Below, piece after piece: positions 27,120-41,079 of a stretch of DNA of 64,000 nucleotides. Where the stretch lies: positions 88,040,001 to 88,104,000 of the forward strand of contig NC_043004.1 of the NCBI RefSeq assembly GCF_006345805.1, read 5' to 3'. Origin of the DNA: Octopus sinensis (taxonomy: Eukaryota). Under the pieces are notes generated by a model. That model made no database searches. It was not told where the DNA came from and saw nothing but the letters and a program-made list of their open reading frames with translations. Position 1 is the first letter of the stretch, and every line of letters starts with the position of its first letter. The position numbers and the translations under genes were made by a program.

Positions 27120-28002
27120 CCTGGTCTGATCAATAAGTATCCGGCCTGATGCTATAGTAAGGAAGCTAAAGCACGCAGAGTGAAGCCGCATGACACAGTG
27201 ACCTTAAGCACTGCTGTGCATGCGCACTACGTTTTAACGTTCTAGCTCAGTGCCCCTGTTTACAGCAGTGCTTGGAAGGAAGGTATGTAGGGTGTGATTG
27301 TCGCATTGACCAGGACAGAGAAAGTTGAGCTGAGAATCTGCCTTAAATTTTGCCAAAAGCTTGGCGATACTTGCTCAGAGGCCTACGCAAAGTTTTCAAA
27401 AAATTTTCATCATTCTCGACACAATCAAGATCTTGTGCAACCCGAGTGTCTTTTTGGTCAGCTGAAAGCAGTTTGGGCACAAACTTGGCAGACACGCGTC
27501 TCCTTCGCAAATCTTCAGTGATAACGGACTGAACTGAACCATAACTAATCCGCGCATCCTCTGATAACTCACGGATGTGATTCGACGATTTCCGCTCACA
27601 GCTGCACGCACATCAGCGATGATTTTCTCAGTCCTGCTGGTTGCGGGTCTCGGAGAACATTCGTGAATATCGACATTTTTTCGGCCATCTTGGAAACGCC
27701 TGAACCACTCGTACACTTGTGTGCGGCTCATATACTCCTCTCCATACTCTTTCTGTAACTTTGCGCAGGCCTCTGAGTAGGTATCGCTATGACACCTTTC
27801 TCTGTCATGGTCAATGCGACGATCACACGCTATACACTTTCCTTCCAAGGACTGTTGTAAACAACAGAATTGAGCTAGAATGTTAAAAATGAGTGCCCAT
27901 GCACAGCAACGTTCAAGGTCAATCTTTGCCAAGCAGCTTCACTCTGTGTGCTTTAGCTTTGTTACTATGACAACAGTCCGGATACTTATTGATCAGACCT
28001 CG
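27120..28002. mobile_element. Mariner derivative with two 5' ends facing inward, TA-flanked
   Basis: TA|cctggtctgatcaataagtatccgg..ccggatacttattgatcagacctcg|TA. Plus arm encodes TEKVELRICLKFCQKLGDTCSEAYAK; minus arm encodes ..KLQKEYGEEYMSRTQVYEWFRRFQDGR. Confidence 0.9.
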
Positions 28003-28034
28003 TACGTGGGTAGATATATACCATATAGTAATCA

Positions 28035-28450
28035 TATCTCTTTTACTCTTTTACTTGTTTCAGTCATTTGACTGCGGCCATGCTGGAGCACCGCCTTTAA
28101 TCGAGCAACTCGACCCCGGAACTTATTCTTTTATAAGCCCAGTACTTATTCTATCGGTCTCTTTTGCCGAACCGCTAAGTAACGGGGACATAAACACACC
28201 AGCATCGGTTGTCAAGCAATGCTAGGGGGACAAACACAGACACACAAACACACACATATATATATATAAATATACATATATACGACAGGCTTCTTTTCAG
28301 TTTCCGTCTACCAAATCCACTCTCAAGGCTTTGGTCGGCCCGAGGCTATAGTAGAAGACCCTTGCCCAAGGTGCCACGCAGTGGGACTGAACCCGGAACC
28401 ATGTGGTTGGTAAACAAGCTACTTACCACACAGCCACTCCTGCGCCTATA
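28035..28450 (-). mobile_element. SINE type B, full-length, young
   Basis: Almost identical to 44243-44540. Confidence 0.9.
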
Positions 28451-29364
28451 TATACATAATTATATGTACACGTATATAATATATGCTTGAATGTATATAC
28501 TATGGTTATATATACTGGTGTATGTAATTGTTATATATGTTATATATATTGGTGTATGTACTGCGTGAATGTATGTACTTGGGTTATATACATTGTATAT
28601 TATATGTATAACACAATATAATATAATATAAATATAATATAATATATATACATATATGTGTGCGAATGTGCGTGTGTGTGTATGTATGTGTATATATATA
28701 AGACTGAAACAAGTAAACAAGTAAATATGTATATATATATATATATATATAGTGTGTGTGTGTGTGTGTGAGTTTGTATGTATGACATATATCTATATGT
28801 GAATGCCAATGTCGATGTTTATAACTTACTGTGCATGCGTGTTTCGTGTGTTCCGTACGTTTCAAATTAACTAAATATTGATTTTAAATAGAAATTTTTA
28901 TTTGATTGTATCACATTTCTACGGTTTCTATTAGAATGACTAAACAAAATTACACCCCCCGTCACATCCGATCCACCTCACCCTTCTCATTCAAAGAACA
29001 GCAACGTCTAATATACAAATTAGAAGTATTTAAGAACGCATTTATATTTATATTTACTCGTCTACGTTTATATTTTGCATTCATATCTATATATGATAAA
29101 TTCTCATCCAATAAGATTTTCATCCGGTAAAGATTTTTATCCTGTTAGAAATTCTTTTTTCAATTTCTATAAAATCTTTGATTAAACTTGGCTTTCTAAG
29201 ACTTTTGAGAAAGAAACAAAAGATGTTTAAATCTAAGATATTCCATTTGATGGATTACTAGAAAATTACCGTGTTTTTATTTTCACTCTCGTTTATAAAT
29301 CAACAGATCTTAGAGGATCTGTTTACAGCATTATTAAAATGTTTATCTAAAATTCATGTTTAAT

Positions 29365-29755
29365 CTCTTATTTTTCATTTGTCATTGGACTACGGCCATG
29401 CTGCAGCACTGCCTCGAAAGGTTTTAGTTGAACAGAAGAACCCTAGTCCAGTACTTATTTTTTATGTTTGCTATTTATTATATCGGTCGCTTTCGTCGAA
29501 CCACTATGTTACAAGAATGTAAAAGAAACAACAGTTTTCAAGAGTTTGAGGGGAAACAAACACAGGCACGAACACCCACCGACACATATAAATAGATACG
29601 ACAAGCTTCCACACAGTTTCCGTCTGCCTTATTCACACATAAGGCATTGGTCGGCCCGGGGCTATAGAAGAAGTCTTGCCCAAAATGCTACGCAGTGGGA
29701 CTGAACCTAAAATCGTGTGGTTACAAAGTGATCTTCATAACCACATAGTCATGCA
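29365..29755 (-). mobile_element. SINE type B, old and diverged
   Basis: cttgcccaaaatgctacgcagtgggactgaacc head. Confidence 0.7.
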
Positions 29756-29782
29756 TATATTATTATTAGTGGATATGACAAA

Positions 29783-30470
29783 GGTGGCGAGCTGGCAGAA
29801 ACGTTAGCACGCCGAGCGCAATGCTTAGCGGTATTTCGTCTGCCGCTACGTTCTGAGTTCAAATTCCGCTGAGGTCGACTTTGCCTTTCATCCTTTCGGG
29901 GTCGATTAAATAAGTACCAGTTACGCACTGGGGTCGATGTAATCGACCTAATCCGTTTGTCTGTCCTTGTTCGTCCCCTCTGTGCTTAACCCCTTGTGGG
30001 TAGTAAAGAAATAGGTATTTCGTCTATTATTTACATTATTTACATATGTAAATAATTTACAAATGTAAATAATGTTACTAATATACATAATTCCTCATCT
30101 CTTAAATATAGAACGGCATTTCGTCTGTCATTACGTTCTGAGTTCAAATTCCGCCAACGTCGACTTTGCCTTTCATCCTTTCGGGGTCGATAAATTAAGT
30201 ACCAGTTGCGTATTGCTGTCGATATAGTCAACTATCCCACCCCCCAAAAAAATTCGGGCCTCGTGCATAGAATAGAAAAGTTTCTGTAATACGCTGGGCA
30301 AAATTCTTAGTAGCATTTCGTTTGTCTTTACGTTCGGCGTCCAAATTCCGCCAAGGACTCCCTTGCCTTTTTCCTTTGGGGTCGATAAAATAAGTACCAG
30401 TTGTGCACTGGGGTCGATGTAATCGACATACCACCTCTCTGGCATTGCGAGTCTTGTGCCAAAATCTGGA
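29783..30470 (+). mobile_element. Type A SINE cluster
   Basis: ggcgagctggcagaaacgttagc head followed by further Meta-like units. Confidence 0.82.
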
Positions 30471-30786
30471 ACCATTATATACTTCAACTGTTTATTTTTC
30501 TATGTAAGACTATCTTTTCTTTTCATTTTCATCTCAGTTATAGTCTACTAAAGAGCGGCTACTCACTAGTTAGGATAGTCGTAGGTGGATATGATTTGGT
30601 ACTATGTACGTTGCTTTCGCCAACTGCTTTAGGTGTTCATGTAATTGTGTCGATATAAGCACTCTCCATCCTTCTGACGTTGATTCAGCGGAGCATCCAA
30701 GATGCCATCGCTAGAGGAGGGGAGAGAGAGAAAGAGAGAGAGAGAAAGAGATAGAGAGGGAGAGAGAGAGAGAAAAGGAGAGTGAG

Positions 30787-30823
<37 letters not shown>

Positions 30824-30894
30824 GAGGACATAACTAGTACTGGACTGGTAATCCTTTCGTCTGAGTATTCTTGAGCAATGTTAAATGATGTACT

Positions 30895-31150
30895 TGCTCA
30901 AGCGCGCAAACATAATACACCGCCTTCACAACTACATTTTCGGGACACGCTAACATGTCTGCATGCATGGTTCTGCGGTTTTGATGTTCGCATCTCAATT
31001 CGTAGTTTTGGGTTCATTCTCATTGCACTATGCTTTGGGCAAGTGTCTTCTATCAATGTCTCGGATCGACCAAACCCCATTGAATGAAATTCAGTCAGAA
31101 ATTTCATCGGACAGACAATTTTTGTGTGGAGGCACGGGCACACACACGCA
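30895..31150 (+). mobile_element. SINE type B head, diverged
   Basis: gctttgggcaagtgtcttctat core. Confidence 0.65.
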
Positions 31151-31171
31151 CAGACAGACACACACACGCCC

Positions 31172-32388
31172 ACACAGAGGGAGTGTTGAATAAACTGTCG
31201 TTTAAATAACGCAAAAATGAAAATAACACTGATATCTCATTTTAACAGATATATTTACCAAAATTACACGAAAATATCTTGAAATACTAAAAACTAAATT
31301 TATTCAATGAAATCGCCATTGGCTTCAACTACGGACCCAAACGACTTCGGAATCTCTCTCAACTCTTCTTGACGGTCCCCTTGTTTAAGTTGGTCAATCC
31401 TTGCCTTCAGTTCATCTTTGGTGTTACAAGGAGTTTCGTTGGTCGCTCGCTCAACTGCGCCCCACACATAATAATCAAAGGGTTGCAGCTGGGGAGTTAA
31501 GTGGCCAGATATTAGGAGTGATGTGGTCGCAGAAATTATATGACAGCCGTGACTTGGTTCTCCTGCTTGTGCGACATGGTACAGAGTACTGTTGCCAGGC
31601 ATAGAGTCTTCTAGCAGCCACCTGCTTAACGCATGGCAGCACTATCTCCTCCAGGCACTTGATGTAAGCCCCAGAGTTAAGTCTGAGGCTGTGTGGGGAG
31701 ATGAATGGATGTATAACGTCGCCATCACTACAGATCACTCCAAACACCATGATGGTGACTGGATGTTTGATTTTTATCACTCTCGGTACATGTTTTGGGG
31801 ACACGGCAAGCCAACGGTTGTTCTGTGTGTTCACTATGTCTTCTTGACAGAAATTTTTCTCGTCTGAGAAAAACCAAAGCATGTTCGGTTGGAAGGAATG
31901 CTCGAGTTTGTTTGAAAGCTTCGTAGCACAGTCTTTCCTCTTGTTCCTGATGGCTTGTCCTTTTCTCATCTTGTATGAGGAATACCGAATGTCTTCAATC
32001 ACTACCTGCCTGATAAGAAACTCAGGCACCCCCATGTCCCTAACGATGGGCCAGATTAACTTGGAGGGATCGTTGTCAATAATGGCCTGAATCTCACCAA
32101 CAAATTCAGGAGTTCTTTACTTACTTGAACAGTCAGAGTGAGTTTTCGTAATCACCATTAGACTCACTCTGAAGTGTTCGTATGGGAGCTTCCGGTGCTA
32201 ATGCCAAGCAGTACAGCATGTCGTTTCCAAATTTCTGGCAGAATGAATTGCTTCATGGTGCTGTTTTTTTTCAAAGACGGTGCCCAACTGTCCCTACTAT
32301 ACTCTATAGTCAACAAAATCAAAAACAAATAATGCGCATGTGCGAGATTAAAAATATAAAATGGTGACAATTTACCTACCGCACCCTG
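31172..32388 (-). pseudogene. Near full-length DD37D (maT-type) Tc1/mariner element, inactivated
   Basis: WFFSDEKNF..QQYSVPC..WPLNSP/..FDYYVWG with D-to-D spacing consistent with about 37 aa. The second catalytic D reads Y and there are frameshifts. TIR cagggtgcggtaggtaaattgtcacc ends at 32388, followed by TA; the opposite TIR is degenerate. Confidence 0.9.
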
Positions 32389-32592
32389 TATATATAAAAT
32401 AATAAAGGTGGCTAGACGTAATATAAAACTAAAAGGAAGAATTCATTTGTAGCACCTATAATGCTAGAAATAAGAGTCAAATACCCTTGTGGCGACAAAC
32501 GTAGCACAAGTCTGTTCTGACGGGGAGTTACCCATCCCGTAGCGAGTGAGGGTACTATATATACATACACACACAGACACACACACACACAC

Positions 32593-32623
<31 letters not shown>

Positions 32624-34675
32624 CACACACACATATATACATACATTCATACACGCACACGCACAAGCACACACACACGTGCGTGTGTTTGTGTTTGGCT
32701 CCCTCCCACTGTTTGAGAAGTGTTTAAAAGGGACTACAAACTTAACGGCTCAACAAACAGAAATGATAAAATAAGTAAGAGACTTATGATAAATACTAGT
32801 GATGCGTTGTTCGACTAAAGCCTACAACGTGTGCTTCATCACGACCACAGTTCAATGTTTGAAAGAAGTAAAAGTATAATAGAATATTATTGCTATTTAT
32901 TTCTTTTATGTCAAAATATAAAGAAAGCATCACAAACGAAAGACGTCAGCAATTAAAAAGTGTCAACAGAATTCGTCAAATGTCTTAACCGACAAGCATT
33001 TGTCAAATGTCTTAACCGACAAGCATTTGTCAAACTTCGACGTTTTTCCATCCAAGCATATTTTAAAACCCAATATTTACTCGCTATTTGTTATAGATTT
33101 AGCTACTTCGAGTTAAACCCTTAAAAATGATTTATTTCATGTCTCTCGAAGTTTCTAGATCCGTTTGACGAAAACAAACATGCAATTCTCGGAACGGGAA
33201 TTTCAGGGGATTGCTTTGGTCCTATATTAGAACGTCTCTCATGTCTACAGAAAATGTGAACTGGATTCCCGAATGCAATCATCATTTTATTCTGTCCAGG
33301 TATTTTTTTAAATACAATATTTAAGCGCTATTATTTCTAACATTATCTTTTCCGAGTTCACCGTTAAAAACGATTTACTACTAAAAAGACATTAAAATGT
33401 TTACAAGCTTACCACGCATCACGTGGTTTATAACTGAAAACAGCATGAAACAGAAGTTATCTTTAATGTCCAATGTTTACGACAAGATTAAAACTGGGTT
33501 TAAAGAATTTCATTTTATTTTTCTACAAGTGGAAACCAATTCTTTTTATTTTGATCATGTCTGAAATCAATGTAGGGAGAGAAAACAACCAAAAACATAG
33601 CCAATTTTCTTGCAATAAAATTGGTTTACAGATATGAAAACCTTTACGTATCATACAACATAGATTGCATTTGTAGAGAACAAGCCAACAAGAAAGATTC
33701 CATATAATTGCTCATTTTGCTACAACCAGCAATAAATCACCTTCAAACAACACTGTACTGCCTTAATAAAGAACACGTTGGATTGTGTATTTCGCCGTAC
33801 ACTGTACCTAATTATATAAATGCTTCTTATAAATGTCAGCTCAGTATATAAATGCTACTTTGTTATTGATTTATTGTCGTCTTACTTTTAACGTGGAAAA
33901 AAAATTTAATTAAATAACAAAATGAAATAAAACAAAAACAAAGCAATAACAAAAAAACTAAAACCAAATAGGAAAACGTTAGTAAGGAAGACATGTATAT
34001 TATGCAGAATTCCTGGCAGAAATAGACGATTACTGATAAGATCTATTCTCACAGAACAGCACAACGGTAAAATAAACGCCACAAAGTTAACTTAGACGAA
34101 TCAGCAACAAAGATAACATCCTTCTTGACGGATGTACAAATCTAATCGTAAATTTTTCAAATCATAAGAATTTATAAACTTTCGAGAGAACGTAAAAGAA
34201 TTCCTCTATATGAGAAAAAAAATAATTCCCCTATTTCGTTCCCTCGAAAATTTATCAATTCTTATGACATCAACAACGTACAATTTTCTCTGGTAAGAAT
34301 AAAGTTTCTAAAATTGATAAATTCGAAGGATTGCTTTGGTCCATAGATAGAACGCGTCTTATAGCTATGGGAGATGTGGGTTCGAGTTCCACTATTCGAC
34401 TATTTCTATCATAAAGGTTTTTTTTACTCAATAGTTACATGCTATTATTTATAACTTTATATGCTTCTAGATCCACTACTAGTGAATATTTTTGAAGTGT
34501 TACCCGTTACATAAGGAATTACTTTGAAAGTATACTTTTGCCATCATGAATAAAATCGCATAAACATGGTAAACTTCGCATAATTATGATTTAACGTTTA
34601 TCAAATTTCTTAGTGCTTATAAAAATGATGAGATGATTATAGCCAAGTGGTTGGGAAGCAAACTTCTTAAGCAAC

Positions 34676-34724
<49 letters not shown>

Positions 34725-34727
<3 letters not shown>

Positions 34728-35315
34728 TTTTATTCTTTTACTTGCTTCAATCACTTGACTGCGGCCATGCTGAAGCACCGCCTTTAGTCGAATAAATCGA
34801 CCCTAGGACTTAACATTTGTAAGCCTAGTACTTATTATATCGATCTCTTTTTTGGCGGGGACGTAAACACACCAACATCGGTTGTCAAGCGATTGTGGGG
34901 GACAAACACAGACACATACATAATACATACATGTATACTCTTTTACTCTTTTACTTATTTCAGTTATTTGACTGCGGCCATGCTGGAGCACCGCCTTTTA
35001 GTCGAGCAAATCGACCCCAGGACTTATTCTTTGTAAACCTAATACTTATTCTATCAGTTTCTTTTGCCGAACCGCTAATTTACAAACACAAACACACAAA
35101 CACATGTATATACATATATACGACGGGCTTCTTTCAGTTATATATACACGACGGGTTTCTTTCAGTTTCCGTCTACCAAATCCACTCACAAGGATTTTGT
35201 CGGCCCAAGGCTATAGTAGAAGACATTTGCCCAAGGTGCCACGCAGTGGGACTGAACTCGGAACCATGTGGTTCGTAAGCAAGTTTCTTACCACACATCT
35301 ACTCCTGCGCATATA
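34725..35315 (-). mobile_element. SINE type B with duplicated 3' cassette
   Basis: The 3' block occurs twice (about 34730 and 34945). Confidence 0.85.
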
Positions 35316-35492
35316 TATATATATTCTTATTTATCTTAATAAGACTTGTATAGATAATTTATTTCATTATACCTTATAATAAGTTATAAATTGCTTACAT
35401 GTCTACAGTGAAATAAACAATCTTTAAATCAATGTAGACATTAAGTTAGCTCTTCGGGTTAATAAAAATCCTTGAAACGGTATGTCGAGGAA

Positions 35493-36415
35493 TTATTACT
35501 TCCGGCTTAGCGAAGGTGTTGTTATTCTCAGCCGTGTTTGTTTCTTTGTTTGTCAGTGGACAAGATATTTCAAGAACCGCTGTATGGATTCAGATTAAAC
35601 TTTTAGGGATGTTTGACCACGTGACTGGCACGAGCTAGTTAGATTTTGGGATCGATCCGGTACCGGACAAGGATTCTAGATTATTTGATGCATTTACTTT
35701 ACGTGATTACGATCTTACGTTCGCTTTCAAGTCGTTCTCAATTCTCTCCCTTTAGGCTGTTTCCGAAGTTTTATTTCCGATCCTCTATTATTAATTTTAC
35801 TCGCGTCTCTATCTTAGCAGGAACTGATGGATAAAGAAATCAAACTACATAAACAAACGGCAGCAAAACCGTTCAGAAATTAACACTAACATACTTTTAT
35901 AATATATATAGTATATATTATGCATACATATTAACACTTTACAGTATACTTCGATCTATACATCGATCTAAAACAACAGGAATACTAAAAGAAGGCCGGA
36001 ATTTAAGAGAGGAAAAAACCAAATGGTCTCATGCTATTCATTTAAAAATTCATGAATATAACTTATTATTACCTCCGCCTTTGAAACTATTTTGAATGGT
36101 GAATTTGTTAACTTTGGCTTGTATTAGATAACGATAAACTATTTATTACTGCTACTAAATAGTCTACAGCCACCTTCACATTCCATGACTACCATTGGAA
36201 TCAATCAGGTATCAGACAAGGATTCTGGATTACTATTCCGTTTGTTTTTTACTTAATTTTTCAGTGCGGTCGGGTTTATTTTTAATATTCTCGTTTGTGA
36301 GAACAGTCGAGTTTATTTCAGATATTCTCATTTTAAAAATCATCTCTGGCTAATCGTTGAGAGGACGTTGATGTTGCCTTGGCGGAGGTTCGCGCTCCTT
36401 GAGTGTTCTTGTTTT
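35493..36415 (+). mobile_element. Helentron-like non-autonomous element (HINE/DINE type), composite
   Basis: Sub-terminal IR ttattac(t/c)tccg(g/c)c at 35493 and 36066 matches ggcggaggt at 36381. A 3' stem-loop gcgctc-ctt-gagtgt is followed by tcttgtttt. Confidence 0.65.
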
Positions 36416-36810
36416 TAACATGGATTTCTTTTAACCTGAGAAGTTAGCTTAATATCTACATCAATTTAAATATTGTTCATATTAATGCAGATATGCAATT
36501 AATTTATTGCTTATTATAAAATAAAATAAAATAAAGTATCTATACATTAACATGCGAAACACTTGTCGTTAAATAAGAAATTCTAATGCTTAAATAAATT
36601 TTTATCAAAGTATATTTCTCTCGTTATCTATAACTTTATACTCTCCTTATGTTTTTCTCTTATACCTTACTATATATTCTATAGGTTTTGTAGGATGAAA
36701 CATTATGATTACCACTGGATTAGCTGAACCCATATATTATGATTTAAATTTACACACAAACACACACACACATGTGTGTATGTATGTGTGTATGTGTGTG
36801 TGTATGTGTG

Positions 36811-36855
<45 letters not shown>

Positions 36856-37065
36856 GTATATATACATATATAATAATATAACTGATATATAAATATATGC
36901 ATATATACATATATGTACATACCTACATATATATGTATATATACATGCATATATGGGCACAGGACAAAAAAACGTATGTACATATATGTATATATATATG
37001 CATATATTTGTATATTATTTATATTATTATATGATCGAACGCCACGCATCCATTTCCAAGTAAGT

Positions 37066-37158
<93 letters not shown>

Positions 37159-37317
37159 TATATAAGAAAATGTTTCTTTCACGGAGCTAATGAAATTCAT
37201 ATGATAATTGTTTATTCCTATGTCATCTCTTTTTTGAGATCAGTGACTTTTCGTCACTGGTAAAAGTATATATATATTTGCATTGAAAACCATTACCCAT
37301 CGCCAACCGGTGGTTGT

Positions 37318-37362
37318 CACACGCTGATGACGGGTCAATTCCCAGAAACTCGGGTCTGTGTG
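37318..37362 (+). ncRNA. Type I hammerhead ribozyme candidate
   Basis: cacacg-CTGATGA-cggg tcaatt ccca-GAAA-c tcgg GTC-tgtgtg: 6-bp helix I, intact core and a GUC triplet. Confidence 0.6.
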
Positions 37363-37546
37363 TATCACGTCAGGCTGGAGATGGGAAAGGTGACTACACT
37401 TTGCAAATACTGATAGGGCGCATAAAGTGTGTCAATAGCCAGTTGGAGGAGATGTCTTCCTGGGACTACAGTAGCATCAACCCACATTTAGGTGGCAAAT
37501 ATACTTCACGATGTCGTGTAGCTACTGTTTATACCTCGCTCAGAGA

Positions 37547-37712
37547 TCTATAATATTATAATAATTATATATATAATCATAACATAGGATTGGCTCTAAG
37601 ACTCTCCACGCGCTAGAAATAGACGCGAAAAGATGCTGATACAATTTCTAGCGCGTGGAGAAGCTTATAGACGACGCCTTGTTATAATTATGTATATAAT
37701 TATTATAATATT
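37547..37712. mobile_element. MITE-like hairpin
   Basis: tctccacgcgctagaaat (37603-37620) and atttctagcgcgtggaga (37644-37661), with imperfect AT-rich outer arms. Confidence 0.7.
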
Positions 37713-38019
37713 TGTAAAATTCCCTATAAGGTTTTTATTTCCGCGCTGACTCCTTGGTAAAATCATTAATGATTTTTACCACAATTGTTTGTTTGTATTC
37801 CATCTGCCTTCGTCTTTTGTTTATTTCCGTAAACCTGCCTTCGTCTTTTGTTTATTTTCATAAAGCTTCCCGTTATATATATATCTACTTACGCACACAC
37901 AGACACACGTGTCTGAGTGTATGCATGTATGTGTATATATATATATATATATAAAGATGTTTTTGTATTATATTCTTCGTTTACATTGCTCCGTAAGGAT
38001 TGTAGGACACTCGGGCGCA

Positions 38020-38195
38020 TACATTCCTCCCTGGGCGGGACGGCGGTCCGTCGCAGGGTTTCTCATTTTTACCGGCTGAGTGGACTGGATCAATATGAAA
38101 TGAAGTGTTTTTCTCATGAACAAAGCACATCGTCCGCTCCAGGAAAGGAAACAGCGATCTTACGATCATGAATCCAACACCCTAACCACTAAGCC
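38020..38195 (-). mobile_element. SINE type C-like head, degenerate
   Basis: Minus strand tggcttagtggttagggtgttggattcatgatcgtaag. Confidence 0.6.
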
Positions 38196-38409
38196 ATGTA
38201 TATATATATATAAAAGAGATATATTTGGTGTTATTTTTTCTTACGTATTTGCTTCATGTAGTGTACTTAAGTTTGATCTTTCCACTTATCGATTTCACAC
38301 AGACATAGCTCGTATCAGTTTCATTTAATATCTACTTGAGTATTTTCGTGGATAATACTTGAATCGACCAGACGAAATTCTACTCTATTTCCTTCTTACG
38401 TGTTTATTT

Positions 38410-38510
38410 TATGTATGTATGTATGTATGTATGTATGTATGTATGTATGTATGTATGTATGTATGTATGTATGTATGTATGTATGTATGTATCTATTTAT
38501 CAATCAATCA

Positions 38511-38586
<76 letters not shown>

Positions 38587-38685
38587 GCTTGCATGCCTAT
38601 CTGCCTGTCTATCTGTCGGTCGGTCTCTATATCCATCTATCTACATCACACATTCTCTCTGTGTGTGTCTCTATCTATCTATATA

Positions 38686-38736
<51 letters not shown>

Positions 38737-38913
38737 ATATATATAGTATATATATGTTATATATTATACATTTATATTATACATATATTATATATATATT
38801 ATATATATAGTATATATATGTTATATATTATACATTTATATTATACATATATTATATATATACTATATATATATACTATATATATATATATTACTATATA
38901 CACTATATATATG

Positions 38914-38947
<34 letters not shown>

Positions 38948-38990
38948 ATATAAAGAACACACACACACACACACACAAACGCATATATAT
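38410..38990. repeat. (TATG)n-(ATCT)n-(TA)n compound microsatellite
   Basis: Direct reading. Confidence 0.97.
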
Positions 38991-39485
38991 GCACGCGTAC
39001 ACATACACACGCTCAAGAAACAAATTCATACAAAAAACCATGTACACATGCACTTAGCCATGTATATCTATAGGAATATTAATTCGTATTATGAAATATT
39101 ACGGTGCTATTTATAGTCTTAAGACGTTAAGATATGTTTCCTTCAATTCTTTAGGATTATATTCTATTTCTGAATGGTAACCGTTTGTTTTCAGTATGTA
39201 GTGTATTTAAAAACAAACGTTGAAAAAACAACAACAAAAAAACCGGCAAAAATCTATATACGGTATATACTGGCTTGCAATCATAACACATAATACCAGC
39301 ACAAAATTGGTTCGAGAATGCTTGAAGGAACTGGAATTAGCATATGAAAGTAATACACTCACGTACAAACATACACACATCCATGCATAGCATATACACA
39401 CACGTACATGCAAATACAGACGCCTACATACATACATACATACATACATACACACATACACACATACATACATACATATATACAT

Positions 39486-39521
<36 letters not shown>

Positions 39522-39590
39522 GCACACCGACGCAAGCTCGTATGCACAAACTGCCACGTATACAGCTGAATGGACTGCAAACACTGTATT

Positions 39591-39659
<69 letters not shown>

Positions 39660-40303
39660 ATTGTCTGTTTTCAATGTAGTGTTTGTATGTGTATGTATGT
39701 ATAAATGTACATATGTATGTATGTTTATATATATATATCTGTTTATCACTGTCTCTTGACAGTGATAATATATGTATGAGCGTGCGTGTATAACACGTAA
39801 TATATATCTATATATATATATTATATATATATATATATATTATATATATATGTTGTGTGTGTGTGTGTGTGTGTGTGTCTGTGTGTATGTGTATCCAATG
39901 GTATTAACTTATGTGTTTTTCTTTCAAAAAAAATACTCCTGCTGTGAAATGAAATGTGAGCGTAAATCTTAATTTCTAAACAATTTAGCGCGTAGATACA
40001 ATTTTGTCTGCATTTCAGGGCAAACTTCAATAATATATTCCTTAAAGAATCTTCACTAGAATTTGCTTACCGCTGTCACTGTGATACCAAGACAACAGGA
40101 ATTTATAGATGCATAGAACAGGCTTCTTATCTCACATGCCATTAAACTAAATTGCAAACTGATGTTTATTTGAATTCGTTAAAAATATGGCGAATTCAGT
40201 TGCGTTTACTAACTTTGTCTTTTCAGTGCTGTGTATATAGGATATATGTGAAATATAACCGAATGCTTGTATGCATATAAGTATACATGCATGCATATGT
40301 GTG

Positions 40304-40335
<32 letters not shown>

Positions 40336-40365
40336 TGTATGTATGTATGTATGTATGTATGTACG

Positions 40366-40417
<52 letters not shown>

Positions 40418-41079
40418 TATTAATACTATTATTATTATAAATATGTGTGTGTGTATGTGTATGTATCATGCATATATAAATATACACACATATAAACACA
40501 CACACATGCACGCACACACTCACTCACTCTCACACTCACACATTTATTTCAATGTGGTCGACTAATACCAACGCTGGTGAGTATTTACAGTTTCTTAAGG
40601 TAAATGTGTTCGTAGATTGTCTGGCAGCCATACTGAAATAAATTTTTTTTTAAATTGAAAAAGTAATATTAACAGAAGCCTATACAATTCCCGGTTTGGT
40701 CTCGTACTGTTGCTAGCATTAAAACCATTACAACGAGGATTTTCTATTCTTAAGGTAAAAGCAGTTATTCTTAAAGTCTCAAGTAAAGAATAGGCATCAT
40801 CCACATCCTAAATGCTCTGGAAATAGTTGGAAAAGCAAAAGACGAGAAACAGCGTATCATGTGACATTTGACGTCACCGATCTCTAGTTGTTACCTCGAA
40901 AAGAGACTGTAGCAATATTCTTATTTAAACAAGAAGGAATGACGGAAATTCGGTTGCTATACATGGCAGATCGTAGGCTTCTGAAGATTCTCTATCGATG
41001 ACTAGCGGATCTGCAATTTTACTTGACTAAAACGGACAAATCCTTCCTTAAATATAACATCAGTCTATTGCATGTGATT

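Noticed and set aside
33220-34410. Two similar segments (ggattgctttggtcc..tagaacg) that read GLLWS..RT
   Set aside because: Better explained as decayed tRNA-derived SINE heads (B-box ggttcgagttcc at about 34380) than as paralogous exons.
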